Shown here: positions 1 to 13,483 of the stretch, piece after piece
How positions within the stretch are numbered: position 1 is the first letter of the stretch
How the letters are laid out: every line of letters starts with the position of its first letter
Origin: Octopus bimaculoides
Taxonomy: Eukaryota
DNA length: 63,941 nucleotides
Reading direction: 5' to 3'
Assembly (NCBI RefSeq): GCF_001194135.2
Contig: NC_068981.1
Coordinates: forward strand, 87,851,844 to 87,915,784
Notes under the pieces: model-generated
The model's database searches: none
What the model saw: only the letters and a program-made list of their open reading frames with translations
What the model was told of the DNA's origin: nothing
Program-made: the position numbers and the translations under genes

Positions 1-3000
1 AAAAATTGTGACTGATAGGGAATCCTTAATTATCAAATCGTGTATATTCTGCATTCTCTGTTGAACTATATCCTTTCTTTGTCATTTTGACAACAACTGC
101 CGTAATATTTTTAACTGCCTACTTTAGTTGGTTTCATTTTCTTTTCTATTCTGCAACAATTCTAAATGATTCTGACAAGCACTAAAACATATCCAGTTTA
201 GTGCTTGTAAACTGGAAAGGTCTCATCCCATAGTAAATGATAAAACTCTGTGTGTGTGTGTGTGGGGGGGTTACACTTAGCCTATGACATTACCTTGAAA
301 TTTCAGATGTCTAAGTGACTTTTTCTGGTGGTTTCTTTAAACCCAGGCAATGCTGCATACTTCTATTGGTTTAATTAATATTTTTTAAGAATATTTACTT
401 TTTTTTAATATTAGATATTCTTCATTTGTTTTTTTTAAATCTTACCATAGACTATTTAAATCATTATTGAAATTAACCATTCTATTCTATCTTCCATTCA
501 ATATTCATTTTCCTCTTATTTCTGAGATAGTAATTGTGTTTTTATTTCAAAACATGCCGTTTTAAAATGTGCATTTTCATGTGCACATATAAATATGAAC
601 ACACATGTGTGTACATTTTAATTTTCCCTTAATCAATTACCCAATTCAAAAGTTCTTTTACTGGAAAGGAATCATTTAAAGATTATACAAAAGAGCAACC
701 TGTTTTTCTACAATTGTATTTTTTCGTCTTTGTACTAATTTTATTCTCTGTTGCAGCAAACTGCTATTTGTTGCAAAAGATTATATACTTTATTTCCTTC
801 AAGCTAGCTCATCTTAATTAACATGTGTTTATTTTAGAAGGAAATTAAAAGCGTAGTTTGTTTCTAATTTTTGTGCTGTATATTTCAAGTTAATTTTTTA
901 TGAAAATGGCTGCTCATTAACTTTTCTAATGAGTTAATTAAACATGAAATTATGAATATTATATATTTTAACGAAATGAATATATGATAAATTTACAAAA
1001 ACATGAAACATCAACTCATTTGCCAGTCCTTTTTACAAGTTTGTCAGTTTTTACTTCATGCAATCTATTTAAGGTTATGTAAGAAAAATGCAATGAACAA
1101 CAGACGCTGCTTTTGCATATTGGTTCATTCACTGGTAACACATATTTATCTGCTAAAGTACTGGGGCCGTGTTTGTGGATAAGTTGTATATAAATTTACA
1201 TGCATACATTTGATAAACATTTAGTCTCACTACACATATAGATCCTGTGGTTTTGGTGCAAGGCTCATTCTGCAAACTGAACTCAAAAACAACCCAGGTA
1301 ATTTTACCTGTCTTTACAAATTTACAACTAGAGCTTCCTTCATCTGATTTTCAAAGAGAGTGAATGTAGTTAACAGCTATCTGTGGAAAGTGTGATGCAT
1401 GACAGCTAATGGTTGTAACCTTAATACATTCCACCATTCTTTGGAGGCATATATTAACAAAATATATAAATATATTCACACACACATACACTTCGTCATT
1501 ATCTTCATTGCTTTTTGCACACTTTTTCTATGCTAGCATGGGTTAGGTGGACAACACTTCACGAAGCAGTATTCTACAGCTGTATGCCTTTTCTTATATT
1601 CAACTTTATTCCCATCCTCACTCCAGGTATTTCATTCCATGGCCTTCCATATTGAGCAGTTATCAAATGTTTTGTTTATTAGAGTAATGTCAGTGTGAAG
1701 ATGTGAACACAATCACACACATGCATCTACATACATGTGTGTGTAACAGGATTTTGCACAGTTTCCATCTCCCAAATTTCATTCATTGCATTGGTTGGGC
1801 CAAGGCTATAGCAGAATAGGTTTCAATTATTGGTGACTGATTGCTAATGGAGTTCAGTTCGTGGGTTGAAGGACAAAAAATTTTTTTGTTCTCTAAAGAG
1901 TGGCCAGCCAATGTCAGAGCAAGCCCTTTAAAAAAAAAAAAGTCTTTACATTTGTTTACTTTCCTCACATTTATTGTTCCAAACTGTTGTCTAATCATAT
2001 TATATTTGTCTTGGATTTTTTTTAAACATGTGGTTTGTGCATGTTGATGCTCATATACACATGCACACACACATATATATATATATTACACACACACACA
2101 CACACCTTGTAATATTTTGCCATATATATTCATCATAATTTAACCCATTAAAATCAATTCTTGTAATATCATGTGACTCATCAACTACATAGTTTTCAAG
2201 TTTTAGTAAACAATGCTATGTACTTGTCAACACTAAAGTTGGCTGTAATATACTTCACTATAAAAGTTTTGATTCCCTTTTAAGTATGATACACTTAACT
2301 TTTAAATTTTTGTTGGAAAGTTTATATGACAAGCTCTCCTGAGATAACTTTATTTTATTCTTGGAAAAATATTTTGCTTTGTCAATCATTGAATATAATC
2401 TAATTGGTGTAAGTTGCTTGAGGGTTTTTTGTTGTTTTTGTGGATATGAATTTAGACCTCAAGTTGTTTCCCAAACAGAGGTTTAGTGTATTATGTATCT
2501 TGTTTCAAATACCTTCGTATTCTATGCAAATGGTAGAGTTGGTTTGGGACTTCAAGTGGTAAAGCTGATCTGGGACCTAAAGAAATTTTTTTAAGTGAAG
2601 AAACATGGTGAAAGAGTATTTACTTTCTGACATTAGAAAAGAAGAAGCAAGCTTTGAAGTGTGTAGGAAATAGGTTTGGAAGCTAGAGGATGACAAATTA
2701 GAAGAGAAAGGGTAAGGGCACTGTTAAAGTATGTGAAGGTAGTAAGTCTGAGAATGAATTGTGGTTTTTGTGGATAAAGAATGAATTAGAGTCTTATTTA
2801 TACTCAAAGGATATATGGCAGAGTTAAAATGAGGTTTGGACTTTGAAATTGCAATTTAATTGACAGACCTATCATAATAGTCAATGAAAATATTGCAACC
2901 ATTACAAGTTTGCAGAATTGTTTTGTGAATGTTCATCAATTTGTTGAATATTTTATTGTTAAACTCATTGTTTATTATTTCTAAGATGATGCAACACAGG

Positions 3001-4308
3001 GCTACTAACTTTGGGCTTGATAGACAATGTACTCCAAGTTCAGAAAGGATCATAATCCATTCCTTGTAAAGTAAAGAGTCAATAAAATAGACTGGATTTT
3101 ATACTATGATGTGAAGTCATTAATACAATGTTACTGGCTAAGTAGTAGCATTGTTTGTAAAAGCAGGGTAATTGCAGCATACATTTCAGCCTAGAAAAGA
3201 CATGCAGCAATGGCTAACCAGGAGGTTTTAAGGTGGATAAATAGCATCCAAAGGTTATTTTGGGGTGGGGGGGTATCTTGTTAATATTTATTTTTATGTT
3301 ATAATAAAAATAGTTTTACATTCATCTGATAGGTCACTCTATACTTCTGTAGAGTACAAATTTATTATTCTTAAAACAAGAACATTATTGATAATGACTT
3401 TGAAGTTTTGACCAGTTAAACCATTGTCAAACTGCTGACAGTGGCTTCACTGATCAAACCTTTGAAGTTACTGTCAACAATATTCTTGTTTTAAAAATAT
3501 GTGTGTGTGTGTTTGTGTGTAAAAAAGTGAAAATAAAATTTAATTACAAAGTTCAGCTAAGTGTTCACAAGAGCTCTACACTCAAAACTTTTTTTCCTTA
3601 TCATTACAACTTAACCAGTGGAATTTAGAACTCCTGAATGTAGATTATCTTGTTCACTATCTTGAATCAATGTAGTTAGTAGGAAGAACATAACAATTCA
3701 AGGTGAATATAGCCAAGATTACTGAGTAAATTTATCCAAACAAAAGTTTGATAGTTTTTATTCATTTATTTATTTTAACTACAGTGATTTCTTTTTATTT
3801 GGTTTTTTCCTTCTTATCCCTTCACTATTCTGAAAGATCAATATCAAGCTTAAGTTTTATGGCTAGTATTACAGAGCGATCATAAAGTACTTGTACCAGT
3901 TGATCACATGATTATTTGTATTTTTCTCACCTGTGCTTGTTTTTTCGAAACGGATCTTTTTTTTTTCTTCAATTATCGGACTACAGCTGTGCCGGGACAC
4001 TGCCTTGAAAGGTTTAGTCAATGAAATCAACCCCAGTACATTTTTTAAAGTCTCATACATATTCTATTAATTTATTTGCCAAGCCTCTAAGTTATGGTGA
4101 CATAAACAAACCAGTGCTGGTTGTCAAGTTGTGGTAAGGAACAGACATACACACACACACATCAACCAGGATCTACAGTAGAAGACATTTGCCTAAGGTA
4201 CTATGCAGGGGAACTGAACTTGAAACAACATGGTTGTGAAGCAAACTTCTTAACCACTAGATTATATGCTATAGCAGCATTAAACTAATACAAGAAAATT
4301 GTGTTTAC

Positions 4309-4349
<41 letters not shown>

Positions 4350-6614
4350 CATCATCATCAGCCAAATAAATGGTGGGACAATGTTCATAGTCTCTACAGG
4401 CACTCCCAGACTGTTTGTACCCATTTTGAACTTCTGTAGGTTGATATATATAAGAAACAAAAAAAAAAAAAAAAACATATACAGGTAATGAGTTCCAGAT
4501 GACTGCAGTTCTGGATTGAGTGTTTATTACATGATTTTATCATAGTAAAATAGGTACAATAGAAATCCTGTAGAGTGCATTATGTAACCTTGAGGAGAAA
4601 TAGTCTAGTGGACCAGAAACAGTTGAGTGGTAGTAGAAGAGACAGAAAAACAAGCTTGAGAATATTGTACTGTGGGATGAATGAGTCTTTGGCAATCAAC
4701 CAACTTTGGGGGATATTTGAGAGTATGATAAATAGCATCTTAATGTTGTTTATCCCCAGGTTAGTCCTAAATGAGCACGTGTGATAAAAGACTTTCCAGC
4801 TGTAACCATTCTGGTTGTGTTTGTGTGTAAGCATATAGTCTCCTTTGTTGGCTTGTGTATTCTCTTGTATGTTTTTGTTGTGTATAGTATCATTATCAGG
4901 ACTGAATTTCATAACTTTGAAGAAGAAACTTATCTTTTGTGATGCTAGTTTGATTCTTATTTAAGAAAGATTGTGTGGCCTATCATTTGTAGAAACTTAA
5001 TTGGTTTTAACTGTCTTGATAATATGTAGTAGTTGTGTCATAGTGCTTTCGAAAGAGATGAAGTTCTTTCTCATTGAAGGATGTTTTCAATGTCTCTTCA
5101 TTGAAGTAGTGCAGGTCGAGTATGAGGTGTCTAGATTGCATGTGGGTGTTACCTGTGTGCAGAAATTTGAGAAGTGAAAAGTGGTATCATCTATGTGGGA
5201 GTATGTTAAAAGTAGATACAAATAAAAAGTCTTTGATCTACTAAAAGAAGAATGCAAGAATTTTAACTGTACCCCAAAAGAAAAATATTTTAAAATGCTT
5301 AAGACAAGATTATGTTGTATTTTTCTCCATAAGTGTCTCACCAGGATAAATATTGTTTTAAAATATTTTTCCATGCTAACATATGCTAGATAGCTTTTCT
5401 ATACATCTCATCTCATTGGTTAGGTACTGTATAAACACTGTTTCTTTTATCTTTTTAATTTTAGATGCCACTGCTAGTTCTTTTTCATCCTTCTGTTCAT
5501 TCACCACAACTGTTCATACCAGAAGAAATCTCTGCTGCTCTCAGCTTTCCAATTTACTCTTCTTGCAATTTGTTCATCAACAAATCACAGTTAACTCTTA
5601 TCTTTCCAGTTCTCATAGATATTCCACCATTTTGCAGTATTTTGCTCTTAAATAAGTTTCATACTTATAGTCTTTTGCAAGTACAGAAAAATCCTTTGTC
5701 AACTTCTTTCACTCTTTTCTTTCTTACCTTAACTACCACAAACATTAATTTGATCACCTACATAACAAACTGTCAACTAGTCTCAAGAACTGAACTATAT
5801 GCATTGGTCACATTATCAACTGGTCATGTTGTCAACTAGTCACACAAGAACTGAACTACATGGACTGGTCATGAAGTTCAGTTCTTGTATGCTCCTATTG
5901 TAGCTATTCCAATACATTTAGTGTATTTGGAATTGTGGTTCACTGTCAGTCTCTCTGAAATCATACTGTATACCCACTGTATACAAATTGGGTACAGGTA
6001 TTGCTGTGTGGTTAAGAAGCTTGTTTCACAAATAGCAGTTTGGGTTTGATCCATTGTGCAGCATCTTACATAAATATCTTCTATATCCTCATGTTGAATA
6101 AAGTTTTGAGAGTAAAATTTGGTAGACTATAACTGTGCAAGCTTATTGGAAGGATCATTCTGTTTTGTTTTTTTAAGTGGTAAACTTAATCCCTCACTTA
6201 ACCACTTGGTTTTGGGTGCCTTTAGAGGAGTCTAGTAATTTTGGATACACTGAAAAGTTATGGTACTGCCCTTTTTTTCTCTTAAGTCACTGAATTATTT
6301 CATTATAGGATCCTGACAAAGATATTTTGTAAATCAATGAATATCAAATAAATTTTTCCTTGGTTTCAGCTTAGAAATATGACATATGTGGCACTTATTT
6401 TTTGGTAGTGATGTTTCTATACTTCTTTCTTTCAACTGTTACTGAGAGCTAGTGTTCAAGCTTTGTTTCTCCAATTATATCCTAATGCTGGTGAACACAC
6501 TGCTTTGCAATTCAGAATGTCTCAAGCCTTTCATCCTCATTAGGCTAAATATTTGAGCATACTTTTTGTTCCTTCATGATTAAACAATTTGACAGTTTAC
6601 TTCCCATCTAGCTC

Positions 6615-8860
6615 TTAACCATTTAGTATTCAGATTAATTTGTTGAGTGTAATGCTTATTTATTCACATTGTTTCGGATTAATCATGCATTATCTTGTAG
6701 CTTTGAGATTTCAATCATCATCATCGTTTAACGTCCGTTTTCCATGCTGGCATAGGTTGGACAGTTTGACTGAGGACTGGCAAGCCAATAGGCTGCACCA
6801 GGCTCCAATCTGATCTGGTAAGGTTTCTACAGCTGGATGCCCTTCCTAACACCGACCACTCTGAGAGTGTAATGGGTGCTTTTTACGTGCCACCAGCATG
6901 GGAGCCACTTAGGCGGAACTGGCATTGATCATATTCAGATGGTGCTTTTTATGTTCCACCGGCATGGGAGCCAGTCAGGGGACACTGGCTTTGACCACAT
7001 TCATAAGGTGCTTTTTACATGCCACCGGTACGGGAGCCTGTTGGGGAGAGGGGTACTAGCATCTACCATGTTCAGATGGTGCTTATTACATGCCACCGGC
7101 ATGGGGGAGCCAGTCAGGCAGCACTGGCATTGACCCATGCTTCAATGCTGCTTATTACATGCCACCAGCATGGGTGTCAGTCAGGCAGCACTGGTATTGA
7201 CCATGGCTACAATTTCACTTGACTCAACAGGTCTTCTCACTTTACTTTCAGGTCTTCTCAATCACTGCATATCTCCAAAGGTCTCAGTTGCTTGTCATTG
7301 CCTCTGTGAGGCCCAGTGTTTGAAAGTCTTGCTTCACCACCTCATCCCATGTCTTCCTGGGTCTACCTCTTCCTTCCACTGTTAGGGTGTGACACTTCTT
7401 CACACAGCTCTCCTCATCCATACACAGCACATAACTATACTAGCACATCCATCTCTCTTGCACACCACATCTGATGCTTCTTATGTCCAACTTTTCCCTA
7501 AGGGTGCTTACATTCTGTTGTGTATGCACACTGACATTACACATCCAGCGGATCATACTAGCTTCATTTCTTTCAAGCCTACGCATGTCCTCAGCAGTCA
7601 TGACCCATGTTTCACTGCCATATAGCATGGCAGTACACACACATGCATCATACAGTCTACTTTTCACTCTGAGTGAGAGGCCCTTTGTTACTAGCAGAGG
7701 TAGCAGCTTTCTAAACTTTGTCCAGCCTACTGGCTACACTCCCTGAGGATCTGGCCCCACTACAGATTTGGTCACTTAGGTAGCGGAAGATATTAACTAC
7801 TTCTAGTTTCTTCTCCTGGCATATGATGGAATCTGTTTTCTGTACATTTTTGGTATTGCCCCTGTTCATCGTCGACACACAAACATTATCTTCCAACTTA
7901 ACCTTCCTTTTGATATTGCTGTACCTCTTATGTGTCCATAGCTTACACCAGGTACATCTTATGGAGTTTCTACCTACTCCTTTTCTATAGATTGAGCAGG
8001 ATTTATGATTTATCTACCTTCCTACTTACTAGGACTTCGGTTTTTGCTAGATTGACTCTGAGGTCTTTTGATTCTAGATCTTGCTTCCACATCTCTAGTT
8101 CTGGTAGTGACTCAGCTATTAGAGCAAGGTCATCAGCATAGAGGAACTCCCAGGGGCAGCCTGTCTTGAATTCCTCTGTTATTGCCTGGAGGACTAAGAT
8201 GAATAAAAGGGGGCTGAGGACTGATCCTTGGTGAACCTCTGCTTCTACCCAGAATTCTTCACTGTATTCGTTTGCAACCCTCACCTTACAGACAGCATCC
8301 CTGTACAAGGCTTGTACAGCTCTTACCAACCACTCGTCTATCCCTAGTTTCCACATTGACCACCAGATAAGTAATCGGGAGATTCTGTCAAAGGCTTTCT
8401 CCAAGTCAACAAAAGGCAAGTACAGAGGTTTATCTTTGACTAGGGATTTCTCCTGCAGTTGCCTTACCAGAAATATAGCATCAGTGGTGCTTCTACCTGG
8501 TATAAAACTAAACTGCATCTCATCTAGGCTAACTCTCTCCCTAATTAGTTGGGCTATGACCCTCTCCATGACTTTCATCACCTGATCCAGCAATTTGATC
8601 CCCTTGTAATTATTTCTATCTAAAGCATCACCTTTACCTTTGTAGCAGTTGACTATGGTGCTGTTACACCAGTTATTGGGTACGACTCCTTTGTGAATTA
8701 CCTGATTTACAATATGGGTGACTAGACCATAACCCACAGCACAAGATATTTTAAGCATCTCAGCAGTGATTCCTGATGGGCCAGGGGTTTTCCTTGTCTA
8801 GGATAGTTTGAACATAAAATAGGAAGAATATTTGGGCTGGTTTGGATACTAAAGGATTAA
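6615..8860. mobile_element. piggyBac-type TTAA MITE (halves 6615-6713 and 8797-8860) split by the RTE insertion
   Basis: TTAA at 6615-6618 and 8857-8860; ends resemble CCCTTTAGCAT...ATGCTAAAGGG; both halves align to unsplit copies near 17540-17760 and 42958-43180. Confidence 0.75.
6714..8799 (-). mobile_element. 5'-truncated RTE-clade LINE (RT, PHD-like insert, C-terminal region, repeated 3' UTR, (GAT)n tail), decayed
   Basis: ORF 8003..8758 has NYKGIKLL, FVDLEKAFD, HQGSVLSPLLF and LYADD; downstream frames give MLYGSETW and GRPRKTW; ends in ccagcatggaaaacggacgttaaacgatgatgat on the minus strand. Confidence 0.93.
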
Positions 8861-11847
8861 AGTTTGTTTCTAGCTTCATTGGTTTCTCCACTCCTTGTAT
8901 TCCAATGGCGTAGCTCTTGGAGTTCTATCTACTGCACTATACCACCAACTATGTTGCCTGTAACTTTGTTGAGGTCTTCTCTACTTATAAAATTGGCCAA
9001 TTACTTGCAGCAGCTTGTCCTTTAGATGCATCCACCTATACTTATATTGTGTCTTTTTATCTTTTCTCTCTCAAAATCGGTATCATGCAGTGCTTAATTG
9101 GAAGTTTAATCTTAGTGGTTTGTTTCCTTTTTTTCCTCATGCTCAATCTGCGCAATACCAGCAATCATTCATCTGTGTTAAAAGGAGGGGAACTTGCTTG
9201 CTACAGACAGACAATGTTCATAATGTCTTTCTCACTCTTTCTATTATTGTATTTTTTTATAATTACAAACAATTTGTCATTTTGCCCACCTGAGTGGTAG
9301 GTGACAAGTTGATTGATAAGCTTTCTGAAATTTAGGTTGCAAATTAAATAGTAATACCATTTGCTTTGTGGAGCTCCTGGAATCTCGAATTCTCCTTTCC
9401 ATTTCTTGAGCCAAGGTCTCCATACATACCATTATATCAACCTGCTGGTTCTCAATATGACTTTAATCACCAGCTACAGGGTGTTTGAGCTAAATTTGAC
9501 AGTGCATAAAAAGAAAAGAAAACAATATCCCAACCAAAAATAAAAGTATTTTTAAAAAGTCTAAAGATATCAAGTAGATTATGGCTGGGAGATAAGTTTA
9601 TTCTAAGTAGCCACCCTCAGTTTCCACCATGGCTTCCAGACAGCTCTGGAACTTACTGCATGTTTTCCTTATTCTGTTCCTTGGGAGATCTTCAAACACC
9701 TTGAACTTGGCCTTGATGTTGCAGGCTGAGTGGTTACTCTGTTTCTCAACCTCATAATAGCAATCTATGAGATTACAATTGGGGAATTAGGGAACCAGAA
9801 ATTGAAGATGATAAAGTCAAAGAAATTCCCAGACAACCACTTCTGACTCTTTCTAGAGATATGGCAAGGAGCTGTAACCTTCCAGTAGCTACCCTTTCCT
9901 GCCAGGGGTTGATCACAGTCTCTAGCAGCTTCACAAACCTGTAAGAATTGGGTATGTATTTGGGCATGCAGAAACATTCAGAACACCTGTGTCTGTGCCA
10001 TGTCTTGCTTACACCCTTAGAACTTTGGATAGCAGTCATAATGTTGGCATTTTGATACCCAGCACAAATCATCATGATACAGGTAACTCTTTTTCCAATA
10101 TTTAGATGACATCCAGACCTCCATATCAGCTAACTTTTTCTCAACTACAACTTTAATCATTATCATGTCCAACACCATTCACTGGTCACCAATATATCAA
10201 GCTGTTCTAGAAAAAAAACGAACATAAAAAAATCAGATTTAGCCCAAACATGCTGTACAATACTATTTCTCTGTTTTGAAGTAACATATATAATATTTTC
10301 TATAATATTGTTTTTAGTTATTCATCATTAATCATATTTGTGGATCATAAATAGAAATCACTAATGCTGTTGTATTGCTCATTCAAACACTAACTTTTTA
10401 ATTATTCTATCACTTATCCTCGCTAAATCAATTATGTCATCAACTTCACTTCTGTGTATACATGCACTCCCATACCTAAAACATTTCCCTCTCAACAAAA
10501 AACTTGTAGAATGTCTCTTGCCTGTGAAAAATGTGGTTGAATTTAACATCACAGTCTTTCCCCAAGTATTCCCAAAGTTTTCTTTTTCTCAGTACATGCC
10601 TCTGTCAGAGTGAGCTAATGATAGTTATTGGGTGCTCAGCACTCCCATATTCATTAACATATTAGTTGATAGACATTAAAATATTTTTATGCCTTACATA
10701 GAAAAAAATGTTTAAAATATTCAAAATATTCCGTACTTTGAATGAACTGGTTCTAAAGTTAAAATAGGTTTGTGGAATAAAATTTGTTTCTTGTATATTC
10801 AGTAATTAAACCTATATACTTTACTTTCAATATTTAAAATAAAAGAAGTGAGTAATATAATTTAAAGTAAGCACTTAAATGTGGAAGCAGTTTTTTATTA
10901 CATTAAACTAGCCAGAACTTACTCTCAAGTTTATGAGCACTTTATATTGAAAGAAAAGTGCTTTATAAAATATACGAGCATCATTTTCTGTATATTATTT
11001 TCCTAAGAATTTTTAACTATATCAAAATTAATTTTTCTTTTGTATTTATTGAATCAGTCTGACCAAAGTATATTGTAATAAACTGCTTTACTATTGTAAT
11101 ATTTTATTTTTTTTACTTTGTTAGTGCTGATAAAAAAAAATTATATTATCAGTTATTAAAGGTTACTAAGAGCAACAATAAAAAAGAGGTCATTGGGTAG
11201 ATAAAAAAAAAATCTGTGTGCATTGTTTGAGCTTAACAGCTGCATACATTTATATCCATTTCCTTATTAGTATATTATTAGTATCTTTAGTATATTAGTT
11301 AAGTTTGTGTTCACATATTTAACAAAGGGTGAATAAAAAAGCTAACAGGAAATATTTATATAGTGAGGAAAAATCAATATTACTGATTGACTAATATTAT
11401 TCTCAATACTAAACAAAAAGCTATAACAACCTAGACAAATTAATATGATTTTTTTATCATATTAAAACCGACAACTGGACATACTTCAGTTGTAGACGTT
11501 CTAGTGGAGCTTAACCCTTTGCTAAGTAGTAATGAGGGACACACAAAACAGATGTATATCTAATATACACTAGTATATGTGTAGAAAACTAGATTTATTT
11601 AATTATGTACAAGTTTCATGGAAGAAAATTTTACTGCAGAGTTTAGGAAGTAAGGTTATAGCAAATATGCTGGAAGAAACGATACTGGAGAATAATTTAA
11701 AAATATAAGTTAAAATGGCTGATAACATTTCTTTTATTTCTCTCACTTCAGTTTTTACAATTTTGTTGAGTTTTTAAGCAAAAACACATCTTGACTTCTT
11801 GGTAAATTTAGTGTTATTCACATGTGTAGAAAATACATAATGTTAAT

Positions 11848-11955
11848 GTTTACAGCTATGTCACAATGAAAGCACTGATTCTCATCTGATCACCTAAGTT
11901 AAATAATGTTGAGCCTAGTTAATACTCATATGGGTGACTGTTTGGCAACCTATGT

Positions 11956-11957
<2 letters not shown>
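11848..11957 (+). pseudogene. Decayed 5S rRNA-derived sequence (pseudogene or SINE3 head)
   Basis: gtttacagctatgtcacaatgaaagcactgattctcatctgatcacctaagttaaataatgttgagcctagttaatactcatatgggtgactg is colinear with invertebrate 5S GTCTACGGCCATACCAC..TGAAAGCACCGGTTCTCGTCCGATCACCGAAGTTAAGCAACGTCGAGCCCGGTTAGTACTTGGATGGGTGACCG; many differences are CpG decay. Confidence 0.8.

Positions 11958-12021
<64 letters not shown>
11957..12021. repeat. (CA)n microsatellite
   Basis: About 30 CA units directly after the 5S-like sequence. Confidence 0.97.
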
Positions 12022-12022
<1 letters not shown>

Positions 12023-12189
12023 AAGTGGGAGGGAGAGTGTGTTGGAAAGTTACAATAATGACTCAAGAGCGAAGATGTTGAGTGCCATGCACAAAACACT
12101 CTCTCCTTGAGTCAGTTTTCTTATTTTCTGCTGATTGAAAAAGAAAACTGTGTTTATACTCATGTAGTGAATTTCATTACTCCTGTTTG

Positions 12190-12482
12190 TTTCTATCAAA
12201 CTTAGCCAGATAGATTGTGTGAGTGTGTGTTTCTATCTCCTTGTCTTGGTATGTAGTAATTGTAAACAAACTTAATTGACAAACATGTTATGTCATCCAT
12301 TTCCAGTCTTCCATGAAAACATGTCTGGTTGGTGTTTGAAAGATGAAGGGAAATATTACCTTGTCTGGAAAGAGGTGTGAGTTGGCAGCAGGGAGCGCAA
12401 CGAGCCGTAGAAAATCAGCCTAAATAAATTATTTTTGACCCATACAAACAGAAAAATAGATGTTAAAATGCTGATGATGATG
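12190..12482 (+). mobile_element. SINE body ending in an RTE-type tail
   Basis: gggaaatattaccttg...gtagaaaatc...gacccatacaaacagaaaaatagatgttaaaatgctgatgatgatg. Confidence 0.6.
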
Positions 12483-13448
12483 AATATATTTTTACTAGAT
12501 TATTTGTTAGTCCAGCATGAATAGCACAGATATTGTAGATGTAAAAGAAAAAAATAATTTTCAACTTTAAGAATTGGAAATTGGAAGGTTCAAAGTCTAA
12601 ATTGTGGAGGTATTCTCTCTCTCTCTCTCTCCCCCCTCTCTCTATCATTAAACGTATATGCTACATAAAGTAGAATTGTTGAGTTTTAAAAGGAGAAAAA
12701 GTTCACAATGTGTGGTGTTGTAGTTCATTTCAATTTGTCTGAGACCAACTGATTGGTCAATAATTTCTATTCTTTCAATAGGAAACTATCTAGAATGGAA
12801 TATTCTTTTGGGTAACAAGGAATCAATTCAAGTCACTGGTTCTTTGAAAATTAATTGAACTCTCAGGTAAACTGGATGATCATGTCATTCTGATAGAGAA
12901 TAGTTCAGTGCTTTTCAGAAGATATTCATTACACATTTATTACAAGTACACCCTTTAACTTATTTAGCTATAGTTCAGTAGGTGGAACCCACATTCTTAT
13001 TACCAGTCTGGCTTAACTAAACAAAATGCTATGAATGAAACTGTCTTTCAAAATCATGTTTTCATATTTTTTAAAAATCACCTTAACTCCTTGATAAATC
13101 TGCTTGTGATCCAAGAAGTGTGGTGATTGTTTCTTCCATATAAAATCAACATGCTTTTTGAGACTTAAAAATCAGAATTTTTTTTATGGCTGTCTCCTGT
13201 TTCTCATGATATAAAAATAATCTTGTACTGACTAACTACTCATACCATTGACACCTACAGTGCATTAAACTTTTTCCTCAATTCTGATTTTAAAATGGAC
13301 TAGCATAATGTGGATTGAAAATAGACAGGCGTTTCAAATCTGGAAGTCTCTGCATATATTGGTTTCAATTTATTAAACTGTGGATGTCCTTGTTATTGTT
13401 AATCCCTATGTCTGCCATGATTGAGCAGACCTATGGTTAAAGCTATGT

Positions 13449-13483
<35 letters not shown>

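Noticed and set aside
340-380. aatgctgcatacttctattgg, resembling the missing NAAFLYG exon
   Set aside because: No proper acceptor or donor, and the translation diverges at once (NAAYFYWFN).
9640-10130. Possible very old RT fragment on the minus strand
   Set aside because: Similarity to LDISKAFD and GVPQGS motifs is too weak to support.
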